From Ptychomitrium polyphyllum (taxonomy: Eukaryota), in contig OZ316775.1 of NCBI GenBank assembly GCA_973851085.1, forward strand, positions 22,010,001 to 22,074,000: a stretch of DNA of 64,000 nucleotides, given 5' to 3'. The notes beneath the pieces were generated by a model. That model ran no database searches, was not told the DNA's origin, and worked only from the letters and a program-made list of their open reading frames with translations. The position numbers and the translations under genes are program-made. This document shows, piece by piece, positions 1-12,808 of the stretch; the first letter of the stretch is position 1, and each line of letters opens with the position of its first letter.

Positions 1-886
1 GCTTCCAAATAATAGATGTTGTACATATTAAATACTATTTGGATCGTATCCAGAATTTTACCTTGTTTTAAGTATAAAATATACTTTATTGCACCTCTTT
101 TAATCCTTTGTTTTTTTTTCCTTCTTATTTAACATGATTTATTTGATTTCTTATTTAACGGTATCTTTTCATCTAAATTATGTAATGGTTTCCATTTATT
201 TAATACCTTTATTAGTATCATTTCATCTAATTGTATCATTTCAATTATTATACCTCTTCATTAAACTTGGTTAATTTAACTTGCCATATAATTTATAAAA
301 TTTAGTTCTTTCACTAACTTTATTTGATGATAGTCTATTACCAAATTATATATAAATAGCCTTTAAATTTTTTTTATTCATAGCCTTCTCTACCAAACTA
401 AGTTTTGGTATTTTTTAAAAGAATCAATGGTTATCTTTTATTATTCCAATGTTAAAAAAAAATGGATGATAAATGAAATTTGTCACCAATAGTTAATTTG
501 CCAATTATTGATTACAATTACAAAAACAATTATAAACTTTTGTGACAAGGTAGCTTGTATATTTGTGAATATTGTAATAAGAAATAATTTATGGCTTGTA
601 TATGGCTCATTTCATCTTAAAATGAATTCAAAAATATAATTCTAAATTTTAAAAAAGAACTACCTACAAATTAATATGATTTTTTTAAGATAATTTTTAA
701 AAGAAAGTTGAAATTTGACCTTTTAGTTTTTATATAAAATATTTGGTGATAAAAATTGTAAATTAAACTTTTTACATATAAGTTGAAGTTCAAAGCCTAC
801 AACTTTATTCATGCATAACATTCAAATTTTTTTTTCTAATTGTGTCTTATATTAAATCTTTAAAAAAAACATCAAGGTACAAAGAG

Positions 887-908
887 TATATATGTATATG
901 TATATGTA

Positions 909-948
<40 letters not shown>
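887..948. repeat. Compound microsatellite (TATATG)n followed by (TA)n
   Basis: Read directly from the sequence. Confidence 0.95.
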
Positions 949-955
<7 letters not shown>

Positions 956-2044
956 AGAGATTCAATCAAATATTGTGTTGTTGGCTTTTCATCTGTAATT
1001 TAGAAGTTTAGCAAATATGTTATTTATGAGCATTACTAGTATTTTGGGCAATTTGGAAATTAAAACTTTGTATACTGTAATTAAAAATTGCAATTACTAA
1101 GGATGTAAATAAGAATGATGTATATCTAATGAAACTTTGATAAAGGTGCAACTTATAAAGTATTTCAATTGGAAGCTTTCAAATTTTTTTAATATGTATT
1201 ATTTCATAAACACTACATTTTAATAAAAATTATCAAAATTATAGTGTTTGCTATTAGATTGTATTAGAAAGAATCAAAATCATTTTATTTGCAAAAAAAT
1301 CTATCAAATTCTTATTATTAGTGATAGGACATTTTATTTGATAAAACTATGACAATACTTCATGTCTTTTCACTAATAATATGAGTTTTAGGAATCTTTT
1401 AAATTTGAAATTGATTAGAATATTCCTTATTGAATAAGATTTTCAAGTATAATTTGAAATTGATGTAAGAAATCTCAAGCTTAATGTTTAGAATTTTTGA
1501 TATCCTTAAAATTCATAGCATTCTTTAACAACCCTTTTTATTAACAACTTTTGCAATAACATGAAACCTTAAGGAATTTATGCAATAATCATGACTTTTA
1601 CTCACGGATTAAACAACATGACCACATTGAAACGTTTCTTCAAAAAGTAGCTCCCTTCATTATTCTAAATTGTAATCTACTATGGCCATCATCAATATGA
1701 AATACAAAATTTATAATGACTCAAAATCAAAAATTAAAAAAAAAGTGAAGTCTTGAACAAAGTTCTTACAAGATTCCCCAGAATAAAATTTGCTGGAATG
1801 GATGTGGAATCTGACACTTTCAATATAGATGACTAGAAAGAGGTTGGTTGTATAAACGATGACCTGGCTGAGGTCACTTGCCTTACGTCAGACCTCTGCC
1901 GTGCATCCCATCCCTGGGGTACGCTCCGTGCAGCTTCGGCTGCCTTGTCGAACTCCCGGGTGGTCCTTCACCGGAGTGGAGTGATTGCAGAATCAACGGC
2001 AGCGCCATCACTCCGCGAAGCGCCAGCGCTGCGCCACCTCAGCC

Positions 2045-2215
2045 GCCACTTGGCTGCCCGGATGGGCCCGCGTCTCTCGGCGTCCCTGTGCGGCATGCAA
2101 TCCGCGGCGTCCATGATGGCCACTCGGCACTCCGCCAAGTGGACTGGAAGTGTGCGCTTTGCCAAGTGCGTCTGCATGCCTGAGGATCACGCACAGATTG
2201 GGGCCGCTTTTAAAA
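2045..2215 (+). promoter_or_regulatory. Putative proximal promoter of the Zn-dehydrogenase gene (CCACTTGG/CCAAGTGG boxes, RY motifs)
   Basis: GC-rich island with GCCACTTGGCTG at 2045-2056, CCAAGTGG at 2135-2142, RY motifs CATGCA 2094-2099 and TGCATG 2173-2178, and a TTTTAAAA TATA-like element near 2208. It is followed by a pyrimidine-rich leader and a likely 5'UTR intron (G|GTGAGG near 2320 to TCAG near 2636). Function is inferred. Confidence 0.45.
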
Positions 2216-2756
2216 GTATGGCGTTGTCGTCTTCCTTGCGATCGTCGATTAAACAATCCCATATCCTTCACTTTCTGCATTCGCGTTGTGTTGCAGTTCA
2301 GCTAGGATTGCTGTGATCGGTGAGGGATCGTTTGGGTTTTCGGATTCAGCGTTTGAGTCATCTGCATGTTGTGGACTGTAATGAAGTTGGATACACGATT
2401 GTATCCAGTTTGTATCTCTGGTTCTAGCAGGACATTGTTTGGTCGTGTTTTGTTTGCTGGTTTGCTTGTAAGGCTTTTCGCATTTATTCGAGGTAGGTAA
2501 GTTTTGTGGTGGTACACGAGCTGGGGTCAGTTATATAGTGTTATGCTGCACATGGAGAGTGTGGTTTGCGAGTTGGAGTTTGTTTGGCATGTGAAGCTGG
2601 CTGAAGTTGTGAATTCTTTGTCTCTGTATGTGTCAGATACAAGAATAGTGTTTTGAAGGTGGATTGGAGTTTTTAGAAGAAGTTGAAGCTAGATAACTTG
2701 CTCCTGGGTTGATTGTTGGTGGTGTTGAGCTTTGGCGAGAAGCAAGAGGGCCAAAA

Positions 2757-5700
2757 ATGGCGACGGGTGTGCTTGAGCCCACTGATGTGCCAATGTATGC
2801 CACAATGCTTAAGAACCCGGAACAGGGAACTATAGTGACTCCAACGTGTACGGTAACCTCAAAAAAGGATGAGTCCCACTTCATGCGCGCAGTGGAGTTT
2901 CATGGCAAACAGGACATGAAAGTGAAAAGTCGCCCTCGACCTATGCTTACGGACCCAGTAAGTAAATTCTCAATCCACCATATTTCTTCATGGCACTTTA
3001 GAATGACTCATCTGTGTGGTTTGAAGAAAGAGCGTCTGTGTTGCAGTATTTCAGAAACATATTGACGGGGGATTTTTGGATGTTGAGAATGGTAACATGA
3101 CATTAGTGGCTTTTGTTGTGTTTTGTCTCCGACAGCATGACGTGGTTATCCGTGTTACCACTTCTTGCATTTGTGGCTCGGATCTACACATGTACATGGG
3201 CGCTATGCCGGGCATGAAGAGCGGCGACGTTGTGGGGCACGAGTTTATGGGTGTTGTGGAAGCTGTGGGCCCTGAGGTGAAGGATAGAAGTGTAGGCAAG
3301 TCAAGCTCTATCAAGAATCTTTCAGATTGCTATTGAGTCTTGCGATCACCTGCGTATGGTGCTGGCCATGGCTTTGTTGTACTGTGCAGATGGGTTTCAC
3401 AAGCTTATGGTAGATTTGACCAGGTTTATTTTTGTTAATAAATTAAGAAATGAAATTGGGGTTCTTTGAGTGACCAGGTGACCGTGTGCTCGCGGCGTTT
3501 GACATTGCTTGCGGACAGTGTTCAGCTTGCCACTTAAAGAATTTTTCTGGCTGCGATTCCACCAACCCGTCCATAGAACAAAATGTGATGTACAATGACA
3601 GGTGAGAGATACATCCCACACAGAATCTTTGCTTTTTAAATAAATGTTAATAATTTTGTAAATTTGTGTAGCGAAATCATCAATATACAGTATATTACTT
3701 AGTGGTTAACATCCTCGTCTCCTCAACTTACAATTTTTCGATGCTGTTATCCGTATTTTGCAGAACCTGTGGCATGTTTGGCTACTCCCACTTAACTGGT
3801 GGATGGGAGGGTGGTCAAGCTGAGTACGTACGCATCCCTTTTGGTATGTGTTCACTCACTCGTCAAGTTTTTGCATATTTAAGGTTGATTCTCACATTAG
3901 AGAATGTAATGCGTGTTGGAAAATCAGACACGGCCGGAGTGCTAAATTATATGGCGAAACATACAGCTCTTGTCTCGTTTTGTGATGAGGTGTTCTAATA
4001 AAAATTCGAATCTAGTATTATGAATCTGAAACGATGCGTGTCTTGATTGTGAAATGGCAGCGGAGGTGAATACTTTAAAGGTTCCGGAAGAGTTGGATGA
4101 TGAGCACGCTGTTTTCTTGACTGATATTTTACCCACCGCATGGCATGCGAACGAATTGGGTGGTGTTGGAAAGGGTGATAATGTTGCCATTTGGGGTTGT
4201 GGACCAGGTACATATACTTCGAGCATTTTCTGTATTGTTTGATCAAAATTGTAGCTATAATTTTGATTTATTACAACCTGACTGACGTTGCATAGGCTGG
4301 ATGGGTAAGTATTTGTCCATGTGGTCGGTCAGTTAAGTTCAATAGGGAATAATTGGTTTGTGTTTATCATGAATTTTGTGTTGACAGTTGAGAGCACTTC
4401 TAGACTAATATGTATCCTCATGTTTCACTGTTTTTGTGTATGCAGTGGGTATTCTGGCTGCTCAATGCGCATTCTTACGGGGAGCAGCTCGTGTTGTCAT
4501 AATTGATGAAGTTCAGTTCCGCTTGGACTTCGCTAAAAAGAAGGTTCCAGGAATAGAGACCATAAACTTCAAAGAGAAGAAAACTGTTACAGAGCTCCGG
4601 ACTTTATTTCCTCACGGTCCTGATGTTGCCATTGAAGCCGTTGGCGTTCATTATGTGGCGGTGAGTGAATATGACAAGCTCTTCATACCTGGGATGTTCT
4701 AGAATTCCTGCCCAACTAGTGATTGTATCAGTTGAGTGAGATAGTAAACAATTTACATTATGATTTTGCTAGAAATGAAATTCATATTCAATATGGGTGT
4801 TTTGCTTAATAGAATATTCTACATAAGTTGGAGGTTATGATCGGACTGGAGACGGATAGCGCTGAAGTTATCAACGAGTGTATATACGCTGTGCGCAAGG
4901 GAGGGCGTATTGGCGTTGTGGGTGCTTATGCTGGTTATTGCAAGTAAGATAGATATTCAGAATTCATGATCACGCGGGTTTATGATATGCTTCTGTATAA
5001 CTATAATGTTACGTATGAGCTCCTTCACAATGTATCTTGGCTCTAATTGATATTCCAGAAGTTTTCTGAATGTTGCAATCTTGAATTTTTCTGTCTTCAG
5101 GATTACTAATCCAATCTTTTCGTTTTCTTTGTTCATAGCCATTTTAACCTTGGAGCGTTTATGGAAAAGGGCTTGTCCATGGCCGCGGGTCAGACACCTG
5201 TACAGAAATACTGGTAAGTTGCAGTTCCAGTTCCATGCTACGCAGAGGAATTCTTTCAGTACAAAGAATAGCTTTACAGCAATTTCGAAATTTTCTGCAT
5301 GCATACCTGTGGACTTGAAAAAAGGATTTTCTTAATGGGAAAAATAACATGTGTCGTTGCTTTAATTTTATTTAACTTGTAAAGTAGAGAAATCTATTAT
5401 AGATTCTGTGTCTAGTAAACATTTGAGAACATGCATGTTACTTACTCGCACCATTTTTGCATACAGGCCAACATTACTGCCGCTCGTACAATCTGGAAAA
5501 TTGGATCCAACCATAGTCATCACACATGTCTTGGGTTTGGGAGAAGCTCCTGAGGCTTACAAACATTTTAACTCGAAAGATGAGGGATGGATCAAGGTAC
5601 TAGCCATCAAGATTAAACCAACACGGGGTTGGAGATTCTGTTTCTTACTCATCTTCTGTTACTTTGAACCTATGAGGATGTTTAATTCTAACAAAGATAT

Positions 5701-5877
5701 ATCGATTCTGGAATGTAGGTGCTATTGAAGCCTGCAAGAGATCCAGAGGTTGTAACCGAAGCTGGTCCAGGCGTGAAAGAGCGTGCTCGTAATGTAGTAT
5801 CTGGTGCAGTTTCAGGGACCATTGAGACCGTCCAGAAAGCCATGGGTGTTATGAGTACCGATGTTAATAAGTGGTGA
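2757..5877 (+). CDS. Zn-dependent medium-chain alcohol/aldehyde dehydrogenase, formaldehyde-dehydrogenase-like (bacterial YbdR/AdhB-type MDR), about 473 aa, 10 exons
   Basis: Exons 2757-2957, 3136-3295, 3478-3601, 3764-3843, 4061-4207, 4446-4660, 4813-4943, 5139-5213, 5467-5596, 5719-5877 sum to 1422 nt in frame. Motifs: catalytic Zn CICGSDLH...GHEFMG, structural Zn CGQCSAC...C, GYSHLTGGWEGGQAEYVRIPFA, TDILPTAWHA, Rossmann GCGPVG, GQTPVQKYW. Intron 2 needs a GC donor. Confidence 0.9.
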
Positions 5878-7793
5878 GCGAAGTGTTTGTAGTCCTGGAA
5901 TACTGTTTCAAATTAAGTTTCTTGTAATTTTCTCTACTATATCCTGTCTAACATCTTGTGTTGTTGCAGAGCTTATGAAGACGGCATATAGTACCAAAAG
6001 TAACAGGCGAGCTGTTCGTATTCAAGTTTCATAAGGATATTTAATTTAGCAAGGAATGTAACTTACCTCGATCTAGTATGGTTGTATGGAAGGAACATGT
6101 GGTTTTGGCGAAGTGATGCTAAAAACGAAGTTGTTCAGTTAGATATGGTGTAATCACCTTTGCGGCGTTTGCAAGCAATCAACTTGGTAGTGCAGCAGGA
6201 GTTTTGTGCAGGTGCTACTTCCTTTTGGAAGTAGCTTCAGGCCGAAACAGTATTCCTGCACTTGATAACGATGTTGTGCATGTATTTGAGAGAAGAAGTT
6301 CTAGAAAGTTACTGTAAATTCTGTCCAAAATCTAAACAATGGTTTTGTGAATACCTGCACCATGTAATCTTTCACATGAATTTATTAGTAGTTGATTTGG
6401 TGTAAAGGTCTCAGCCATTACAAGGTCGGTTTTGTCATCCGCGGGAGGCAACAACCGGTAATGTCGAGAACAGTTCTTTGATCTGCAACTTACGATATGT
6501 GCTATTCACCAACACGATGTTTCCCATTTAGAAATGAAAAGGAATTCCTCTTTATCTATATATTAATGTAAGGATGGATTTTGCTCTTAGAAATGAACAA
6601 TCGCAAGATAACAACTATATTCAAAACAATCGTAGAGAAGTTTTGAATATTAAAAACTCAAAATGAATCCTTTTCAAAATTTATAACTAACTAATGGAAG
6701 TACAGGACCTTGATTATAAATAGTAACTTTAAAATGCCATAGTAGCAAATTTGTTACTAAATCCTTGTTAAACTAAAACAGCCATAGATATCACCCGGTT
6801 ATCGTCACAGCATCACCTAGTATTACATGTGTAACGAAAAAAAAACGTGTAGCTTCAAGGCAAAATCGAAAAACAAGAAGAAAGCACTGATTTGCCTGCT
6901 CACTGGCCGAAATTCATTGCTATTGTGATGTCATTGTCTGCCTGAGCAAGTCATAAGCAGGCTGACCTCTTCCCGATGTCCGCCGATGCACACGACATCC
7001 GGGAGGTACGAGCTCCGGACATCACATGTATCAAATCAGGTGTCCGGATGCTAATGTGATGTACCCATGAATCATGTGTAACAGAAACTACATCCGGTAA
7101 TCGGTGTGCCAAACCAGATATGGTGAGTCCCAAAAGGACATACGCAGGATATGCCCACCTTTGATATTGTCACAGTGAGATACGCCATAAGGAGCCTCTA
7201 CAGGTTCACGAGATAGAAGACTTGCGATACCTCGCCTGAGTATCGCCACAATACTACCAGATGTTACTCGAAAATCATCTCAGCATCACATCAGTAACAC
7301 GAGTATTACATAAGTATATACTAAGCATCATCTTGGCATCACATAGGTATCGCTCGGTGTCTGCAGTCAATCGTCCGTCGCCACTCTCATGCTTTGTGCA
7401 TGCAGCCAGAAAATTGCACCATCTCATTGACGATCTGTCCTTTTGCTATTGTAGGTTGCCAAACATTTCCCCCAAAGCTGTCGTCAAATTGCCAAAAAAG
7501 CCATCTTTAGGGTTAGCGAGTGCTGCCTACTGCTCCGGATTCGTGGGCTTTCCTTGAGACGATTTCAAGCTTCGTTGGTGAGGTTTTTGGTTTAGTTTTG
7601 GTTGTGTTTGTCAAAACTGTGCCTTTTTATGTCACTGTGGATGGGGGATAGTTTGCTTCTCCATTCTTCGTCTATGTGGGTCATGGGGTGTTTTGGAGTT
7701 TACTGTTGGGTGGAGAGAAGGCGTCGGATTTGGAATAAGGTGTTTTGATCTGCAATGTGTGGTTCAGGTTGGAGATAGAAAGTTTTCATCGAG

Positions 7794-9906
7794 ATGAATA
7801 TCTTTAGGCTGATCGGAGATTTGACGCACTTAATGAGCATAATTGTCTTGCTCTTGAAGATCCACACCATCAAGTCATGCGCTGGTAATCTTCTTTTTAG
7901 AGCTGAGGGTATCTTTATTTTGAAGAGAGAATTGATCAACATTGAAGAGATTGAGTCTTTGAAATTGGCAATCATGTGAACCTCCAGTGTGATTGAACTG
8001 ATGGCGCGGCAGAGTGTACGGAATAGTGATGCGAGATGAGAGCTGATTTTATGTTGTATAATCTTAGCTATGGTAAGTCCATGGGTTTCATTGATGTCCA
8101 CTTTCATGATACAGTTTGAGTGGATTCACTTGTGTTGCAGTTAGTTGGTATGCACTTAAATAGGATTTCTGCTGTTCGTTGATTTTACATTGTAACATCA
8201 AGGAGGGCACCTCACGACCAGATCATCAATGGAGGTTGCATTGGGAAAGTAGAAAGTATTCGTGGCGAGGGATTTTTTGTGATGCCTCAGTAGACTACAG
8301 ATGCTGCCTGTAGAATGTTTTATGGTTGAAGCCTGAATGGCTTCTCCTCATCTGTGTTTTTTTCCAGGAATCTCATTGAAGACGCAGGAACTATATGCCC
8401 TCGTGTTTGTAACACGCTATCTGGATATATTTTTTACGTACATATCTTTCTATAACACTGTTATGAAGCTGATATTTCTGGGCACGTCGTTCTCTATTGT
8501 GTGGTACATGAGATACCAGAAAACAGTTCGCACGTCTTACGACAAGAGCAACGACAAATTTCGGCACTATTTCCTGATCCTGCCCTGTTTTGTGCTCGCT
8601 CTCTTGATCAACTACAAGTTCACATTTCTGGAGGTAGGCCTATTCAACTAGAAAATGGGGTTATTGTTGTTTTGTTTGAATAGTTCAGGGAAAATCGAGT
8701 AACTTTGTTCTTTTTTTTCATTAATTCTTGATCTTTTTTTTAATTCCAAAAAAACCGAACCACCCACTTAATGGGATAGAGCGTATGGCGTGATGGGATT
8801 TTAATGTCTAGAAGCAGGGTGCTTTGAAGATCCATCCTCTCGAACATTAATTTCTTGGATACTCACATCTGTAAATCTATTGCCTATCTTATGGGCGAAG
8901 GTTTTGTTTGTATTCCTGTGGAATAGGTTCTGTGGACATTCTCCTTGTATCTGGAGGCAGTCGCTATTATACCACAATTGGTGCTGTTGCAAAGGACGAG
9001 AAACGTCGACAACCTCACGGGGAACTACGTCTTCTTCCTTGGGTATACCACTATTTTCATACCACTATTTAGCATGTATTGTCTATTTGCTGCTCTAGAA
9101 GTGGAACCCTTTACAACATTCAACTATCTGTTATCTCTTGCCATCAATATCTTGCTTTTCTCTTACGCGGATCAACTAATCTGACTAATTTCTTTTACTC
9201 TCTAATTTATATAGTAATCAACCTTACATGTTGGATACTTGTACCTGACCAGGCACTTGCCACCTTGAACTTAGAGCAAGGTATTCCTTTCCAGAATATA
9301 CAGCATACTAACGTTTATGACTTTGCCGATCTCGTTTTTTTGACAGGGCATATCGTGGATTCTATCTCCTCAATTGGGTCTATCGATACTTCACGGATGG
9401 TCACTACCTTAAACAATGGATAAGTAAGTAATACATTATGTCAGCGTGGTTAATACTCTTTATTTATCACTGAAGTTTTTTCTGTTTCCTGAAAATCTGC
9501 TTGGTCGTTATTTCACTTGTATCCTTTGGAGAAATGTCGCTGCCTGAAAAATCGAATTCATTTGTTGCTTGCATTCCTCATACCATCTGAGCGTGTATTT
9601 CTTGGTTTGCAGCCTGGATAGCAGGAATCGTCCAGACAGCCTTGTACGCTGATTTCTTCTACTACTACTTCCAAAGGTACAATCTTGCCCCTGGCTCCTT
9701 TAAGTCATAATGTAGACATGTATTGACTTCTACTATTGTAAATCTCCATGTTAATCTAGCTGATGATAGGTAGGTGGATCAATTCACATCGGATGATTAA
9801 CTTATCTTGCATGTAATGTGGCTGTAATTTATTGACATTTTGACGTAACGGCTTTTGGTTGCCTTGCAGCTGGAAGAACAACCAGAAGCTCAAATTACCA
9901 GCTTAG
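7794..9906 (+). CDS. ERD2: ER lumen protein-retaining receptor (H/KDEL receptor), 216 aa, 6 exons
   Basis: Exons 7794-7884, 8368-8633, 8927-9042, 9347-9423, 9613-9676, 9870-9906 (651 nt), all GT-AG. Hallmarks: MNIFRLIGDLTHL, SCAGISLKTQELYALVFVTRYLD, WTFSLYLEAVAIIPQL, LGAYRGFYLLNW, QTALYADFFYYY, C-terminal KLKLPA. Confidence 0.97.
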
Positions 9907-11199
9907 AGCTACGTCGCGAGCGAGGGCTTTCGTTGAGCACATGTTAGAGCCGTGCATCTTACTTGACAAGAACCTCATTTTTATACATCATACACATCAT
10001 GTGTAATATCGTGATGTGTATGATATTCTACATGATATTACACATGATTGTAATCACGCTAGTTCTTCTGGTGCTGCTCTAGTTTAGGGTTGTCTGCCTT
10101 GAATACAGGAATCCTGGAAAGATAATTTAGTTTCTCTTCTCATTCATCATGTAATCTTGTCAGCCCATATCAGTCACAGCCACCAATTGCCGCGCTTTTT
10201 CAGGGACTGGTAGTGATTGTTGGTTACTCTTTCCCATCAGACGATTTATTAGATAGTTCCACTTTGAATAGAGGCAGAACTGAGTTTCACATATTGAGCC
10301 CCCGATGTTGACACTGGAATTGTGTACCTTGCTTGATCAATATCTCAGCTTCTTTTGTTTTTTTTCGGATGCACCTATTGTACTCATGGATAAGTTACGA
10401 TCACAGAGGTGATTTCTTGTTCTAAGTTGCAGAGGAGATTAATTATCGATTTCAGTAATGAGAAAGCTCTTTCTGCAGTTCTGAGTAGATCGTTAGTGTA
10501 ATATCGGTGTCTATATCAATTATGTTTTGTTTGAAATTACAGAGACCTGAATTTTGCTGCTTCTCATCGCGTGAATGTACGTGTGGTGCCGTTATGAAAG
10601 GCCTGAGTTTGTCATCATTAACGAAAAATCAAAGAGTATACGTAGAATGCAACCATTGTTGAGACTGACCAAATCTAGGTGATCATGAATCTAGAGGAAA
10701 GCTGTGGAGATGAGGCCAAAGGCGTCTACACTGTGGACCATGGGCAGTATATTTTTCATTGGTGGCAAGTGGAAGAGCAAAGAACTAAGAGATTCAATAC
10801 AGAAATATGTTGATGAACTGAATATCGATGCAAATCTTGAACACAAGGTTGCTGAGCGATTGCCATAGTCTTACCACCTTGTTGCACATGTTATTCACAC
10901 TATGCAACCTTACCAGCAGTACAGACATTACAGTGCCTCTGATTTCCATACCCAGCCGTTTGTCAAGTTTACGAAAGGGAATAGGCAATGCCATGTCATA
11001 ATGTCAATGTAGCCAATTCTTGAATTCAAATTGGCTACACTAATAATATATATTAGATAATTGGAAACATTCCTGAGATCATGGAAAGAACCTTCAAAAC
11101 AAAGCCCACCTTGCCACTACTATGGCTTGGCAGGCTCGATCTTTAGGTTATTTTGCATAATTTAAGGATCATGTACCATTATTTATTTTTTGATTCAAC

Positions 11200-11231
11200 T
11201 TACATAGGTCTTACATAGGTCTTACATAGGT
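11200..11231. repeat. Short tandem repeat, about 3 x TTACATAGGTC
   Basis: Read directly from the sequence. Confidence 0.85.
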
Positions 11232-12120
11232 ATTATGTAGTAAGCAGTTGTAAATTCTTTGAGTCAATTATTATACTTGTAGTTTATAACTATTTCATAT
11301 CAAAAAACATAATGCAATCATTTAATAAGAGCAATGGTAAGTTCAAATTGATAAATCCATGCTTTACATGTATTGCACATAATAGCAAAGTTTCTTCAAT
11401 GTATCCTTTTAAGCACCTCCATCCACCTAACAATCATCCATGACTAGCATCCTAACTAAGTTATGGCACTAAGAAATTGGAATAACTCCTTATACAAATC
11501 CAATAAAATATGGATTGCTAAATTTATATGCGAGCCAATTTTTACTTATAAAAAATAGTACAATTTTTTTTTGAAGGTTCTTTTAATACCAAAGTATATT
11601 GAATATGTGTATAGAAATTTCATTTAATGGTTTAGGATTCTTTCAAACCAATACCACCAAACCTTAAGAAATTCAACACATGGTTTGAAAACTCTTTCCA
11701 TTCAAATTTAAAAAATAAACCAGAACTATAATACTTCTTTGACATGAAATAAATGTTTTTACTTCTAATTTTTTGTAGTTTTTGCTATTCCACAAGAATT
11801 CAGTCAGGGTCAACATTGTTTGCTTTGAGTTTGCACCTCTAACCATGCAAATTAACAAACCGCACGGTAACACTCGCTACCTTAGGTGATACGAGGTGCC
11901 CTGTGAGCCAGATTTAAAAAATTCTAGGGGTCCCACCTGAAAGTTGGACCCAATGGGTATTGGATAGAATGTAAAAGGCGCACTGTTGTACAATTCCTCA
12001 TGAGCATGAAATCGTGCTTTGCTAATCCGCCCTAACGGCTCCTACAGTTATGCGTCCGTTCAATAAAACCAACAGAAAACTAGCCAAACTTCATCCGAAT
12101 CGCCCACCACTACTGCAACG

Positions 12121-12615
12121 ACGTGTCACCCATGGCACACACCCAAGTGGAACCTCAAAGTACGCTCCCGACATGACCCTGACGACGCTCCACCAAGTGG
12201 CAGCTGCGCGATCCATATGGTCGCGCACCACGCCCAATTCAAACCACGCAGCCGCCCGGCCCGGTTCACACGGCCGGCACCTATAAACCGTCACCCACTC
12301 CAGCAACCGACATATAAAGGACCGTCCTTGAAAACCTGCCTTAACGTTTCTGTAGACTTCGCGGAGTAAAATGTAAGATGTCTGTGGATGGTGTCACTGG
12401 TGCGGGTGCAGTGACTGGATATTGGTAGAGGTCTCAAGAGGTTTACCCCAAACCGCGCGGGAGGTGCGAAGCGCAACGTGCATGCTGCTGTGATCCCGGG
12501 TGCTCGCGCAAGCAGCCACTTGGCTGTGGAGAGGAGAGCAACAGTTGGGCTCTGTTGTTATCTGCATGATTCTCCTGCTGAACTCCACCTCTGTCCATGC
12601 AGTCCTTCTATAAAA
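12121..12615 (+). promoter_or_regulatory. ABA/desiccation-type promoter of the LEA-like gene (ABRE, DRE, RY, TATA)
   Basis: ABRE ACGTGTC 12121-12127; CCAAGTGG 12143-12150 and 12193-12200; DRE core ACCGAC 12306-12311; ACGTG fused to RY TGCATG 12476-12484; GCCACTTGGCTG 12515-12526; RY 12563-12568 and 12596-12601; TATAAAA 12609-12615. This motif set is typical of LEA promoters; activity is inferred. Confidence 0.6.
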
Positions 12616-12808
12616 GTGCTGCCTTGGTGCGCTGTTTCCTTCCGTAGGACTTGTGTCGCAAAGCAGGGGCTCTGGTTGCAGTTTCAGTTGGTTTTAGTTT
12701 CTCAAGGTTGACGTAGGTTAGAAGTGCGCAGACGGTTTGGAGAGTAGGAGGTTTTCTCTCTTGTTTTTTGTTTTCTCTCTTATTTTTTGTTTTTTGTGAG
12801 TGGGTACG

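Noticed and set aside
1878..2316. Overlapping 70-120 aa ORFs in the GC-rich island
   Set aside because: No recognisable domains; best explained as promoter/5'UTR of the dehydrogenase gene, where high GC suppresses stops.
10680..10870. Short reading frame (...MGSIFFIGGKWKSKELRDSIQKYVDELNIDANLEHKVAERLP*)
   Set aside because: Could be a pseudogene scrap, but no family motif or splice context supports a call.
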